Positions 26,270 to 40,323 of a stretch of DNA of 64,000 nt are shown piece by piece; positions within the stretch are counted from its first letter, which is position 1; every line of letters begins with the position of its first letter. The position numbers and the translations under genes are program-made. Source of the stretch: Eledone cirrhosa (Eukaryota); assembly GCA_964016885.1 (NCBI GenBank), contig OZ024742.1:93992001-94056000 (forward strand). The letters run 5' to 3'. A model generated the notes under the pieces. The model saw only the letters and a list, made by a program, of their open reading frames with translations. It was not told where the DNA came from and made no database searches.

Positions 26270-28200
26270 TATTACTACTACCTACACCAACACCAGCACC
26301 ACTACTACAGCCGCCACCACCAACACCACCACCACTACTACAACTGCCATCAGTAACACTACAATGACCACAAATATTACTGCTATCTCTACTCCTTTCT
26401 CAACTACTACCACCTTCAATACTGTGGCACCACACCACCATCACTACTCCTTCCTTAACTACAATCACTTTTACTACTACTACTACTACACTACTACAAC
26501 ACCACTAACACCACTGCCACTACTACCACTACTACCACTACTACCACTACCTCTTCCTTAACTACTACCACCTTCACTACTACTATCCTACCACACCTCC
26601 ACTGATACCACTGATGTTACTACCACTACTTCTTCCTCAACTACTACTACACTACCACTACAACTACACGACCACTACACATACGCTACCACACCACCAC
26701 TAACACCACTGCCACCACTACCCTACTTCTTCCTTAACTATACCACCTTCACTACTACTACACTACCACACCACCACTAATACCACTGCCACTACTATGT
26801 TACTCCTTCCTCAACTATACCACCTTCACTACTACTATGCTACCACACTACGTCACCACTACTACCACTGCTAGTACTACCACTGCTAGTACTACCACTG
26901 CTAGTACTACCACTGCTAGTACTACCACTGCTAGTACTACCACTGCTAGTACTACCACTGCTAGTACTACCACTACCTCTTTCTCAACTATACCACCTTC
27001 ACTACTACTATGCTACCACACCACGCCACCACTAATGCCACTGCTACTACTACCACTACCTCTTCTTCAACTACTATATTACCACACCACATTCAACAAC
27101 ACCAAACTAGCTCTACAATGTCTCTACCACAACTCTCCCATTAAATATATCATTTCATTTCCGGTGACCCCCAAAGCATTCCTGTAATTATTCTCCACTT
27201 TCTCCAACACAGATAATTTGATGCAGCTCAACTTGCAGGAAGGAAGTGCAGCAAATACTAAAACACCAAAACGAACAACAGCACTAAACAACCACCACTA
27301 CCACCATCACCACCACTAGCATAACTACCACCACCACAACCACCACCACCACCGCCACAACTTCCACTACCACCACCACTACCAGTGTCACCATACCCCC
27401 CAACAACAACAACAACGACAACACCAACAACACCGCCACAAACAACAAAAACACCACCACCACCACCATCACCAACCATACGAGACCACCACCAATAACA
27501 AAAACACCACTACCACCACCACTAACACCACCACCACCAACAAAAACAACAACACCAACAACAACAACAAAACACCACCACCAACAACACACCAAACCAC
27601 CACCAACAACAACACCTCCAACAATGCAACAAAAATCAGAACCATCACCAGCACCACCACCAAAATAATAACATCACCAGCAGCACTACAACCATGACCA
27701 CTACCATTACTGTTACTACCACCAACACATCATCAACATAATCATAACAACCATCACTCTGTGTTTGTCATTATTTTCTTTCCTTGTACATACTTAGCCT
27801 TTAATGGTGACCCCAGTTTAATAGTGAAATTGCATAATTTTAAATGAAATAATGGCTGTGTTGTTGCTGTGTTATTGTTGTTGCTGTTGTTGTTGCTGTT
27901 GTTGCTGGTGGGGTTTGTGATGGTGATGAAGTGACACTTCCCAAACACCACTCAAACAACACCAAGATCCTTACCAAATACAATCACTACCACCACCAAC
28001 ACTGCTACCCCATAAACACTACCCATACCAATAAACACAATACCAAAAGCCAACAGCAACAACAAGGGCAGCACCAACATCATCCCCGCCACATAAGCAC
28101 TACCACCAAACATCATCACCTACACCACACAGCCACATAAACTCCACCACCAAATACCATCACCAACACCTTCGCCCCCACATTAAAATAACCAGCAAAC
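26270..28200. repeat. Low-complexity (CAC/TAC/AAC) trinucleotide region including a 15-bp minisatellite (actaccactgctagt) at 26860-26970
   Basis: Directly visible. Confidence 0.9.
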
Positions 28201-28667
28201 ATCATCATCAACAGCAGCAGTACTTTCACCATAGAAAAATACCAATGATTTAAACAACAATAAATGGGAGATGCAAAAGTGAATGAAAAATAAATCCCAA
28301 AACAAGGTTTCAACAGACAGCAGTGAAGGAACATGCATACCATGCAAACACATGTCTACATGCATACAGACATGCAATGATGTTGGTATGTAGGGCAGTC
28401 AGTCTGTTTGTTTATTAAGATGCTCGCATTAATTGAAAGTGAAAATGAAAAAATTGGTACATTAAGCAAATAAAGATGTAGAAAGAAAAATACTATATCA
28501 CAAATTTAAGGTTTAAGTATATATGATTATCAATATAGATGGATAAAAAATGTAGGAAAATATATAGAGTAATACACAAACATCTTTACACATACCTACA
28601 TACATATATACACATATATGTATATGTCTGTGTGCATGTAAATATATATGTATATTTATATAAGTGG

Positions 28668-28699
<32 letters not shown>

Positions 28700-28703
<4 letters not shown>

Positions 28704-29288
28704 GTAAACGGAATAGAAAATGCTGACAAATTGTTCACAGTTGAAAAATGGTTTAATTAGGAATAAAAGAGTATTAGGGATTGTATGGGTTAGTATTCAG
28801 TTGTGGTTTTAAGTTTTTAAGTTTTTACCGGTTGCGCATTTCTAAATGCTTTTCAAAAATAATTTTGAGATAGAGTGTCCGTGTTGTTTGCTCTGATCTG
28901 ATTAGTTTTGGGAATTCTACCTATTTTTATGTTAAAAAAGTGGCTCCAGCGTTACTTTGGTGTTGCAAAAATTCTTGTGGTCAAAACAATTTTGATTGGT
29001 CGGTAGAGGTCATGTGAATGTAAAAAAATTGATTTTGCGCCAAGACTGTTTTTATGTTAAAAAAGTGGCTCCAGCACTATTTGGTGTTTGCAAAAATTCT
29101 TGTGGTCAAAACAATTTTGATTGGTCGGTAGAGGTCATGTGAATAAAAAATTGTTTTTTCGCCAAGATTGAGAAATGACTCTTTCACGACAAATATGTGT
29201 GTGTGTGTGTGTGTGTGTGTAGTAGTAGTAAGGTGTTCGATGTTGTGATAATGGTTAGCAGGGATGTGTGTCAGATGGCTATTAAGAT

Positions 29289-29333
<45 letters not shown>

Positions 29334-29684
29334 GCAGAGTAATTCGTGGTAGCAGGGATGGTCAGTAAGAATGTGTCTGAAAGCAATGGGGGGTAATTTA
29401 GCATGTCAAAAGATATTTTTCAGCTTTTGTCTTATACGGAGAAGTGCGTGTGTGTGTGTGTGTGTATAAGTCTCTTTGTATGTTAATGAACGCGTGTGTA
29501 TGTGTGTGTGTATATATGTGTGTGTGTGTGTGTGGGGGTGGACCAGTATTTTTTTCCCCCTGGTAAAATGGTGTACATTATTCGATTTTTTCAGTAAAAT
29601 CGGTTCTCTTAATAGAACATCAAAAATCTTAACAATAAAAGGTGTGAAATGATATTCACTACATATATATACACATACATATAT

Positions 29685-29750
<66 letters not shown>

Positions 29751-30037
29751 TATACACATATATTTTTCTGTGTTGCACCATAGAGCATGTGTGTTTACGT
29801 ATGTCATTGTGTTTATATGTGGGTGGAGATGTGTGCTGATGTAGGTATGTATGTTAACGTGTGTATGTTGTAACAAATACGGACCCCGTCTAAACACTTC
29901 TCCCTAAGACGAACCCACAACATACACTCGTTAACATACACACCTACATCACCAAACATCTCCACCCACATATAAACACAATGACATACGTAAACACACA
30001 TGCTCTATGGGGCAACACAGAAAAATATATGTGTATA

Positions 30038-30107
<70 letters not shown>

Positions 30108-30254
30108 ATATATGTATGTGTATATATATGTAGTGAATATCATTTCACACCTTTTATTGTTAAGATTTTTGATGTTCTATTAAGAGAACCGATTTTACTG
30201 AAAAAATCGAATAATGTACACCATTTTACCAGGGGGAAAAAAATACTGGTCCAT

Positions 30255-30297
<43 letters not shown>

Positions 30298-30478
30298 CAC
30301 ACACACATACACACGCGTACATTAACATACAAAGAGACTTATACACACACACACACACACACACGCACTTCTCCGTATAAGACAAAAGCTGAAAAATATC
30401 TTTTGACATGCTAAAATACCCCCCATTGCTTTCAGACACATTCTTACTGACCATCCCTGCTACCACGAATTACTCTGC

Positions 30479-30545
<67 letters not shown>

Positions 30546-31118
30546 ATCTTAATAGCCATCTGACACACATCCCTGCTAACCATTATCACAACATCGAACA
30601 CCTTACTACTACTACACACACACATATTTGTTGTGAAAGAGTCATTTCTCAATCTTGGCGCAAAACCAATTTTTTATTCACATGACCTCTACCGACCAAT
30701 CAAAATTGTTTTGACCACAAGAATTTTTGCAAACACCAAATAGCGCTGGAGCCACTTTTTTAACATAAAAACAGTCTTGGCGCAAAATCAATTTTTTACA
30801 TTCACATGACCTCTACCGACCAATCAAAATTGTTTTGACCACAAGAATTTTTGCAACACCAAAGTAACGCTGGAGCCACTTTTTTAACATAAAAACAGGT
30901 AGAATTCCCAAAACTAATCAGATCAGAGCAAACAACACGGACACTCTATCTCAAAATTATTTTTGAAAAGCATTTAGAAATGCGCAACCGGTAAAAACTT
31001 AAAAACTTAAAACCACAACTGAATACTAACCCATACAATCCCTAATACTCTTTTATTCCTAATTAAACCATTTTTCAACTGTGAACAATTTGTCAGCATT
31101 TTCTATTCCGTTTACCAA
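28700..31118. repeat. Near-perfect 2.4 kb palindrome (arms ~1.2 kb, ~45 bp spacer), each arm with a ~125 bp tandem duplication
   Basis: ttggtaaacggaatagaaaatgctgac at 28701 is inverted at 31092-31118; arms differ mainly in microsatellite length; spacer ~29871-29916. Confidence 0.95.
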
Positions 31119-31148
31119 TATATAATAACTTGTGTGTTACACCTCTAT

Positions 31149-31252
<104 letters not shown>

Positions 31253-32140
31253 GTGAATATATATATATATGTATATTTATATATATATAAATGGTCTTTG
31301 GGAAGCCTCTCCAATGCAGATGGATAAATCTCTGAGTAAGAACATTAGGTGAAAATAGGAAGAAAGGGGGTAAGAAGGAAGAGAAATGTAAAATGAAATG
31401 AAAACCAGAGATGTAGTTACCCTGGAATAGATTTATTCGGCCCTATATTTCGGATTTCACACGCATCGTCGGAGGTTCTGAAGAAAAATTGGAAACGTGT
31501 AAGAAAAGAATCTATGAGGTTGTTTATTGCTAGTGTCGATGTCAGACTGATTGGAAACACCAAAGAACATTCCCTGTCAGGTGTGCTCACATAAAATTAG
31601 TGCAGCCATTCAGAGGTCAGTTAGTAGTCACCACTAAAGCGTGGGATGGGTGTAGTATGGCAGGGTTTTCACGCATGTGCCAGTGTTGTTGTCGCCTTCC
31701 CTTCTGGTAGTGGTTCAGGTTGATATGTTATATAGGTGGGTGAAACGTTGGCACAGGTACAGCATAGTAGCAGAGCCTGTCTGTTTGTTAGTATGCTAGT
31801 AGGTGGGTGTATGTGTGCATGCAAATGCATGTCTATGTTTTATTAAATCTTAATCATTTGTTATATGTATCCATGGGTGGGTCTGTTTATATACAACAAC
31901 TTAACTTAATCATTTTGGCTACCTACAAACTACCTGATAATTCATGAGTTACCTCCATTTACCCACTGGACAGAATAACCCAAGAAATTTTGAAGAATTC
32001 GTATACAGACAGATTTCAAGCCAGATTTACCCCATCTGTTTCAAATATAAAGGTCTCCACCATTCAGAGAATGGAGGGTCAGTTTAAGGGTACCTCCTCC
32101 ATTATACAGCGGTGGCCATGTCTGAACACCAGAAACTTTG

Positions 32141-32207
<67 letters not shown>

Positions 32208-33268
32208 AATATACATATATATATATATAAATATATATATGTATGTGCATTTCGGCGGATAGAAAAGGCGAAACAAAACGCAAAAATCAGAAATGATGCT
32301 GGCAAGCGCTCCAAAAACCAGAGCTAAACAAAATGTTAAGAGGCCATACAAAACTGAAATAGTGGTCAAGAAAGCAACAGCCACCTAAGCCAAAAAGCAA
32401 ACCAAGCTAAACAGGTCAAAACAAAATAAATGATAAAAAAAAACGATAAAAAAACGATATATATATATATATAGATAAAACTTAGACTGGTACAAAAACA
32501 GAGAGGCAGTACAAATAAGAGTTTATTAGGTTCGCGCTTTTGAGAGTGGGGGGTGGGGAACGACGTTTAGAAAAAAAGGGGGGGGGGAACGATTAAAGAA
32601 GTACAAATAAAAATAAAAGTAAACATAAAAATAAACATAAAAATAAACAAGTGGTGGAAGGGTGTGAGGCGTGTAGGGGTGGTGGCGGGTGGAGTTGGTG
32701 GAGTGAGGTGGGGAGGGATCCTAGCGGGGAGGGCTGAAGGTGGTGTTTGTGTATGTGTGTAGGTGTACGTGTGTGTGTGCACGTGTGTATGTGAATATGA
32801 GAGTTGTGGGAGGAACGAGGTTCCATGTTCAGGAAAAGGTGTGTGCGTGGGGTGGGGTGTAAGTCAGTGTGTGCGTGCGTGTGGATGGAGAGGGGTCAGA
32901 GGGGTGGGGGAGTGAGGCGTGTGGATTTCAGAGACTGAGTGTGTATATGTGGGGATGCCCACGCGTGTGTTTGTGTTTATACGTGGCGTGGTCCGAAAAA
33001 AAATGAGTGTTTGTTCGTGGGGAAGTTCCTAAGGTAATTCCGTGGAGTGTGCGATGAGATGTTGGATAATTTTCCTGTTATAGAGTGAATAGCTCTTTTG
33101 AAGACATGATCATCTGACCTTACTTATCTCCCAATGGAAAGCTTTTCTAACCCATACAAGAGTGGAAAATGGCCATTAAACGGTATATATATATATAATG
33201 AAGGTTTATCAAAAATAAGAAAAAGTTTTAAAATAAATTTTAAAAATTTTACTGTACCTGCTGTAATT

Positions 33269-33354
33269 ACCCTTACCGTACGGTTTCGAGTCTCAAAATA
33301 TATGGATAGTCCATGCGGAAAATCCATTGAAAAGAAAGACTCTCGTCAGAGGGT
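33269..33354 (-). ncRNA. Type I hammerhead ribozyme
   Basis: Minus strand: accct-CTGACGA-gagtct...agactc-GAAA-ccgtacgg-TA-agggt. Confidence 0.9.
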
Positions 33355-33489
33355 TCTTTTCACTCGGAGAATATAAAATTCCCGAGTTCAAATCACGAAC
33401 TGGCGCTATTCAAAATTGTCTCCGTGATGAGAGTGTATGATAAAGAAGCAATTCTGTCTAGTGCCGTGTGCAAAGATAGAAGGCAGAGG

Positions 33490-33530
<41 letters not shown>

Positions 33531-33575
33531 TATGAAGAGAGAAGAAACATTTAGATATAATTAGTAATAAAATGT

Positions 33576-33631
<56 letters not shown>

Positions 33632-33761
33632 AAGGTTAAACAATGTTCAATGAATAAATCAAAGAATGAGTTTTACAATAGATTGGAAGTACACAACAAG
33701 AATGGTTTTCCATGACTGAATCTTAACCATCTACTAAGTCAGGGTATGTCATGCATCATCT

Positions 33762-33828
33762 TATTTTATCTGATGAGGACGTACTGTTGAAGATAGCTCA
33801 GTACCTCTGAAATATGTATAATAAAATA
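33762..33828 (+). ncRNA. Type I hammerhead ribozyme in a ~240 bp insert between (TA)n tracts
   Basis: tattttat-CTGATGA-ggacgtactg...cagtacctct-GAAA-tatgta-TA-ataaaata. Confidence 0.8.
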
Positions 33829-33868
33829 TATTGATCACACGAATGTCTATTTTTGTTAATGTTTTCAA

Positions 33869-33914
<46 letters not shown>

Positions 33915-34131
33915 TATATTATGTATTTATTATATGTGTGTCTGTGGGTGTTTGTGTGTGGGTGTGCGTGTGAATGACTGTCTGTAATGTATGAGTAAAA
34001 CATTTTAAAAAGGTCAATTTATAGAATGAAAATAATTTAGGAAGACGATAAACATATGAAATATCAATTAAATTGAAGATAAAAACTAGTATTTGAAATA
34101 TAATTTATTAGAGTAAATAAATATAAATAAA

Positions 34132-34314
34132 TAATTGTTTCTACTTTAGGCACAAGTCCAGCAATTAACCAATGCATTACTGGTACTTTATTTTATCGAC
34201 TCCGTAAGGATGAAAGGCAAAGTCAACCTCGGCGGGATTTGAACTCACATCGTAAAGGGACGTAACTATGCTGGAAAGCATGGCGTCCGACCCTCTACTG
34301 ATACTGCCAATCCA
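34132..34314 (-). mobile_element. OK-like SINE
   Basis: Full-length reverse complement; flanked by aataaataataatt-like TSD. Confidence 0.85.
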
Positions 34315-34433
34315 CAATAAATAATAATTTGAAAGTTGAGCCAAAGGGGGAATTAATTGAAGAAAATGTGTTTAAAAATTGTATTGGGTTATGGCTCAGA
34401 ATTTACTGCTACTGCTGCTGGTACTACAACTAT

Positions 34434-34485
<52 letters not shown>

Positions 34486-34603
34486 ACTACTACTGCTGCT
34501 GGTGGTACTACTACTCCTACTCCTACTACTACTACTACTACTACTACTGCTGCTGCTGCTGTTACTACTACTACTACTACTACTACTACTGCTGAAAGTA
34601 ATA

Positions 34604-34816
34604 ATGGTTTCTGATTTATGCACAAGGCCAGCAATATGAAAAGGAGGGGAAAGTCGATTAAATAGACCCCAGTGCATTACTGGTGCTTTATTTTATCGCC
34701 CCCTTAAGGATGAAAGGCAAAGCTATCCTCGGCAAGATTTGAACTCAGAACATAAAGGGTCATAACTATGCCATGAAGCATGGTGTCCGACACTTTACTG
34801 ATTCTGCCAATCCACC
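34604..34816 (-). mobile_element. OK-like SINE, longer subfamily, next to a (CTA/CTG)n tract at 34405-34593
   Basis: Same head and body with an extra segment gaggggga aagtcgattaaatagacccc. Confidence 0.75.
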
Positions 34817-35468
34817 GCTAAGAGTAATAATGGAAGTACAACAATCTTTACCACTACCATTAATACCACCATTACTACAACCACTGCCACCACTGACCGC
34901 AACAATAAAGAAATGGACCAAAATAAGGTTTGTCAACAGGTGTTTCAGTTGTCCCATCAACAAAACAGATTGCTCATGAAATTAACATGTAAGGGGCTGA
35001 GAATCCACAAACATGTGTATCCATAATCTAATTATCAGGGAAAATTAGTTCCTTATAGATCACTAATCTCACCTCATGTAAAGCTAACCTCTCAGTCCTC
35101 AGTTCAGAAACACTACCAGGGACTATGTATCTTTTCTGCACTCTAACAGTGCATAACATGCCGTTTAGCCACACACCTTACCAAGGTTATTTTTCTAACT
35201 TTGCTTTTCTTTTTTCTTCTTGAATGCTTGTGTGTAATATCTCAATAAGATCAAGTGACCAATGTAAATAGCAGACCTGTCAACTCACCCTGTCCGTCAA
35301 AGAGTTCTCCCATCCACTTCCGGGTGGGTGAGGGATGTCCACTCTTGTGAAAATGTGTATAGTAATCATTACGTAAAATCCCTCCATTTTACATCATTTC
35401 TCCTCGTTTTAGAGCAGTTTTTTCATGGTACTTTCGGTTTTTAGAGGTTGGCAGGTCTGAAATAGTCC

Positions 35469-35588
35469 TATTTCCTGATGAGACTATGAGATATCTTTGT
35501 ATCCCATCATTGATATAATTGATTAAGTGACTAATTAATTTACTTGATTAGAATTGTATCTCTCTTAATTGAAACATTCATTGAAATA
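35469..35588 (+). ncRNA. Degenerate extended hammerhead
   Basis: tatttc-CTGATGA-gactatgaga...tctcttaatt-GAAA-cattca-TT-gaaata; stem III is poor. Confidence 0.4.
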
Positions 35589-35761
35589 AATGATTTTAAC
35601 TGAGTAAACCCTTTGGTTACTTCCTGTGAAATGAGTATTTATATATTAGCCATCTTAGATTGATAAGTAATACATACGATGAAACACGTGTCAGTATAAT
35701 GCAATAAATGTTATTCCCACTCTTCTTCTGGATTGTGATGTTTTAAATGATAATTTTGTAA

Positions 35762-35810
<49 letters not shown>

Positions 35811-35911
35811 AGTATTGAAGTTTCCATTGAAAATTGAAAAAGTCATAGGAGTGAAGAGTGCTCTATGTAAGTACCAGAGCTAAATTTAATGTATAATAAA
35901 CAATACAATAT

Positions 35912-35989
35912 AATTACCTCATTACCAGAGGTTTCCCGAATAAGACGAATACAAGAAACGTCCTCATTTATTCGTCGGACAAGGCAATT
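35912..35989 (-). ncRNA. Hammerhead-like motif with CCGACGA core in the extension of the inverted pLTR arm
   Basis: Minus strand: aattgccttgt-CCGACGA-ataa..gacg..cgtcttattcgg-GAAA-cc tct gg-TA-atgaggtaatt (11-bp stem I with G-U pairs). Confidence 0.65.
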
Positions 35990-36583
35990 TAAAACATAGT
36001 GAAATATTTGAAAAATATCTCAAGAAAGGCAAAAGTTTAACGGGCAAAAAAATATATAAATAAAAGTAATGCAAGAGATATATAAAAATAAAATAAGGAA
36101 ATATAGTTAGGGTATGTGTATAAATGTGTGTATATTCACTCACGAATGTACATATGTGTGTATGTACAAATGCATGTGTATAGTGAAAAAATGTGTGCGT
36201 AAGTACATATATGAGGGCAAGCATATCAGTATATGTGTGACCACAAATGCGTATATAATATATGTTGAAAAAGAAATTGTAAGATAATAGAATTAACGCA
36301 CATCCAGACTCAGGTACTAAGGATTGAAATATATACACATACAAGTATGAAAGCACGCGTATAAACACACACACACGCGTAACCACATACATGCGAGTGA
36401 TATATACAGGGAAGGGAGTGTATCAGTCAAAGCAGTGTCAGGCTGAAGGTCGATACAGATATAAAAATGAAAAAATGAAAAAATATATGAGAATAAAAAA
36501 ATTAAATCAAAGAGAAAGTAAGAGGGAGGGGTTATCAATTACGAAGAAAAAATAGAAAACAAACATAGGTTCGTACATACACA

Positions 36584-38288
36584 TCTTTATATATATAAAA
36601 GCGAGGATGTGTGTGTGTCTGTGTATAACTTTGCATGCTTAAGGCTTTCACAATTACCAACTGAATTTAACCAAAGTTTCTGTGCACGTTGCACAGGTCG
36701 TTAATATTGTCACATCACAAACATTTTTCAAATCGAACCCCGTTGAGCAATGAAAAATCAATATCAGAATTATCGGTAGAAATATTGATGTAAGGGAGAT
36801 AACAAACTCTATTGACAATCCTTATAAAAAAGGGAGATAACCAACTTTTCAAGCGTTCTGGCGGATTTTCGGATTTTTTATACATTAACGGCATCCTGCT
36901 GTTCAAAAACTTCAAGTGCACCTGGAGAACGGTCAGAGAGTATATTTTACGAATGCATCAGCTGCTCAGTTAGCACAAGAACCAAAGGATACTACTCTTA
37001 CCGCTTTCTTTAAACTATGTCAAGAGGATCCATTTGCTAAAAACTTACTATATCCACAAGTCCCATCTTACTATACCTGGGACAAAAATACATGGAAGCG
37101 AAGTAAAACAGGACAGTCTGTCGAAGGTTATTCAGGCATCAAGTTCAACGAGTGCTTGGGCAGAGTTTATACTGTGCCTCCAAACCAACACGAGTGCTTC
37201 CATCTTCGCATGCTACTACAAGAGGTCAGATGACCTACCTGCTTTGATGATCTCTGAACGTTAGACGGACAAGTTCTTCCAACATACTCAAAGGCATGTT
37301 TGAGGCGTGGATTGCTGGAAGATGGTTCGCAGTGGGATGCAACGATGGCGCAAGTTGCTCTTTCACATCCCCTGCCAGCCTAAGAAATGTATTTGTGGTA
37401 CTTTTGCACTCGTGCAACTTATCTGATGCTCTGTCCTTGTGTATGAAATATAGGAATGAACTAACAGACGACTGCAGACACCAAGCACAATTGCTGCTTC
37501 CAGAAATAGAGGTCGGCTTTAGTAATGAATTATACAACAGAGCTCTCATTGATATTGAGGACAAGTTAGCTCTGATTGGCGGAAAGGTTTTACGTTACTA
37601 CGGTTTACCAGAAACTCATCGTACAGACTCAAACAAACTTCCTACATATATCATACAGGAGACTTCTTATGACATCCAGGATCTCGGCCTCTACGTCACA
37701 GATAATGAGCCAAAACTTCTAGCTGATCAGCGACTGGCTTATACCACCATTACTGAATCGGTATTTCAAAGAAGAGGTGGCATATTTTTCCTCGATGCTC
37801 CAGTGGGGACAGGAAAAACTTTCGTTACTAAACTTCTTCTTGCAAAGGTTAGACAGAATAAGTACACAGCAATAGCAGTTGCGTCCTCTGGAATTGCAGC
37901 AACTTTGCTCCCTGGTGGAAGGACGGCACATTCAGTTTTTAAATTGCCCCTTGATTTGGAAAAATTGGAAACTCCTACATGTCATATCACCAAAGACTCC
38001 GAAAGGGCTCATCTGCTACGAAGGTGTCACCTTATTGTTTGGGATGAGTGCACAATGGCGTACAAAGGTGCTCTTGAGGCACTAGACAGATCTTTGCAAG
38101 ACATACGGGATTGCAGTGATGTTATGGGGGGTGTCACCCTTCTGCTATCAGGAGACTTCAGACAGACTCTTCCTATAATACCGAAAGGAACAAGAGCAGT
38201 TGCGGTAAATGCATGTCTTCTTTTACTTCCTAGCTGTATATTCTTAGCATAATTACAAACCCCGAGCAACGCCGGGTAAATCTGCTAG
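36584..38288 (+). mobile_element. Internally deleted Helitron
   Basis: A|TCtttatatatataaaa ... cccgagcaacgccggg taaatctg CTAG|T; the empty A|T site is visible in the opposite arm near 40990. Confidence 0.92.
36916..38252 (+). pseudogene. Helitron Rep/Hel fragment (PIF1-family SF1 helicase)
   Basis: HLENGQRVYF, TTLTAFF, GRVYTVPP..ECFHLRMLL, FFLDAPVGTGKT, AVASSGIAATLLPGGRTAHS, IVWDECTM, LLSGDFRQTLP; stop/frameshift near 37233-37340; C-terminus missing. Confidence 0.93.
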
Positions 38289-38670
38289 TATATATATATA
38301 TAAATATATATATAAATACGTACAGACAAAAGCACATACATGCGTACACACATACAAAGGCGCGCATACATACACACGAAGCACATATATATATACGTAC
38401 ATGTACATCTAATCACACGCACGCACGCGACTATATGTATATATATATATATACATATACATACACATACGTATATATACATATATATATATATACATAT
38501 ACATATACATATACACACACACACTTGTATATAAGTATGTAAAAAACAGAGATATAAAAACGCACATACACACATATACACACACGCGCGCACATACGAA
38601 TGCATTCGTATACATATACAAATACGCATTCACACACATTCACGCTCACACGCATAGATGCAATATAAAA

Positions 38671-40323
38671 ATAGACAATAGAACAGAAAAACTTGCTAAA
38701 CGTAATGCCTATATCACCCTCAAAGATCACAAACCTGATTTTATTAATCGTCCTAGTTGTAGATTAATCAACCCTGCTAAGACTGAAATCGGTCTTTCTA
38801 GCAAAAAAATATTAAATAATATAAACAAACATATTAGAAGTAAGTCTGAATTACTCCAATGGATAAATAGCTCTTCCGTAGTACATTGGTTTAATAATAT
38901 TAAAGATAAAAACAGTTCTAGATTCACCCAATTTGACATTGTAGACCTCTACCCGTCTATTACTCACCCTCGTTTAACGAAAGCCTTAAATTTCACTAGA
39001 AAGTTTATCAATATTTCTGATATTGAACAGAATGTCATTTTGCATTCTAGAAACACTTTACTATTTAATAATAATGACATTTAGGTAAAGATATCTAACC
39101 CAGAGAACCCATTCGATGTCTCAATGGGTTCTTTTGACAGTGCTAACGTGTGTGATTTAGTCGGCCTATTCCTCCTACACACACTTAAAGAGAAATTCCC
39201 TAACCATACCTTTGGGCTTTATCGCGACGATGGTCTAATACTTTACCATACCACTATAGGCCATAACTTAGATAGATTAAGGAAAGACTTAATAAAGACT
39301 TTCGCTAGTTTTAATCTTAAAATTACCATTGACACTAACCTTTCCAATGTCAATTTTCTAGATATAAACCTAGATCTGCCTACTGCTTCTTATAAACCGT
39401 ACCATGAACCGAATAAAAATTTAAAATATATAAATAAAGGCTCTAGCCATCCTCCTATATTTTTTAAAAATCTTATCCCTAATATTAGCCGTAGGATCTC
39501 TATCCTCTCTTCCTCAGAAGCTATTTTCAATAAGGCATCCCCCTACTATAATAAAGCCCTTCAAAATAGCGGATTTAGCAAACCGATAAGTACATACCCA
39601 ACAATACTAACTCCTTTAAACATAATAATAGGAAGAAAAAAAAGAATCTGGTTCACCCCCCCCCACTCTTTAGCAGTTAAAACTAATGTAGGCAAAACAT
39701 TCCTAGAGCTCTTAGATGAACATTTCCTTAGAACACATAGATACTATAAGCTCTTCAATAGAAACTGTGTCAAAATCAGCTACTCCTGCGGTCCCCCTAT
39801 TAAATCTTATATCCTCAATAAGAAAATAGCCAGAGAACATCAAAATTGCTCCTGTAGAGTCAAAAGTGAATGCCCATTACAAGGTAAATGCAACATCAAA
39901 GCCATTGTATATGCGGCTAAAGTGACAACCACCAGCAACAACCTACCAGCCACCAGCGAACGATATGTGGGTATGACACAAGACAAATTCAAAACGCGTT
40001 ATTACTCACATGTCGCTTCTTTCCGACATCCTGAAAAAAGATTTACAACAGCTCTGGCTAGCAGAATATGGGATTTGAAAGACCAAGGTATCCAATATAA
40101 ATTAGATTGGTCAATTTTGAACCAATCTAAAGAATATGCAATAGGAACAAGAAGATGCGCACTCTGCATCAGTAAAAAATATTGGATTTTACAGAACCTT
40201 AAGTCACCAAAAACATGCCTAAATGCAAAAACAGAAATGTTCACCAGTTGCCCACACATGAAATCACACTTGCTTTCCAGCTCATATAAACTTAACTCAC
40301 TTTCAGATACTTATCCTCCATAA
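38671..40323 (+). pseudogene. Penelope-like (probably Naiad) reverse transcriptase + GIY-YIG endonuclease, 5'-truncated
   Basis: In-frame ITLKDHK..CRLINPAK, QFDIVDLYPSI, a TAG at 39082, MGSFDSANVCDLVG, YRDDG, CSCRVKSECPLQGKC, AIVY..YVGMT, CALC, CPH. Confidence 0.92.

Noticed and set aside
26270-28200. Mucin-like Thr-rich coding exon
   Set aside because: Frames are short and interrupted and no splice context is evident; best explained as low-complexity repeat.
35655-35700. TTGATAA...GAAA-cacgtg-TC hammerhead candidate
   Set aside because: The palindromic stem III is suggestive but stems I and II do not pair well.
36916-40323. Helicase + RT + GIY-YIG as one novel composite element
   Set aside because: The Helitron has complete termini and the empty site is seen in the opposite arm, so this is a nested insertion.
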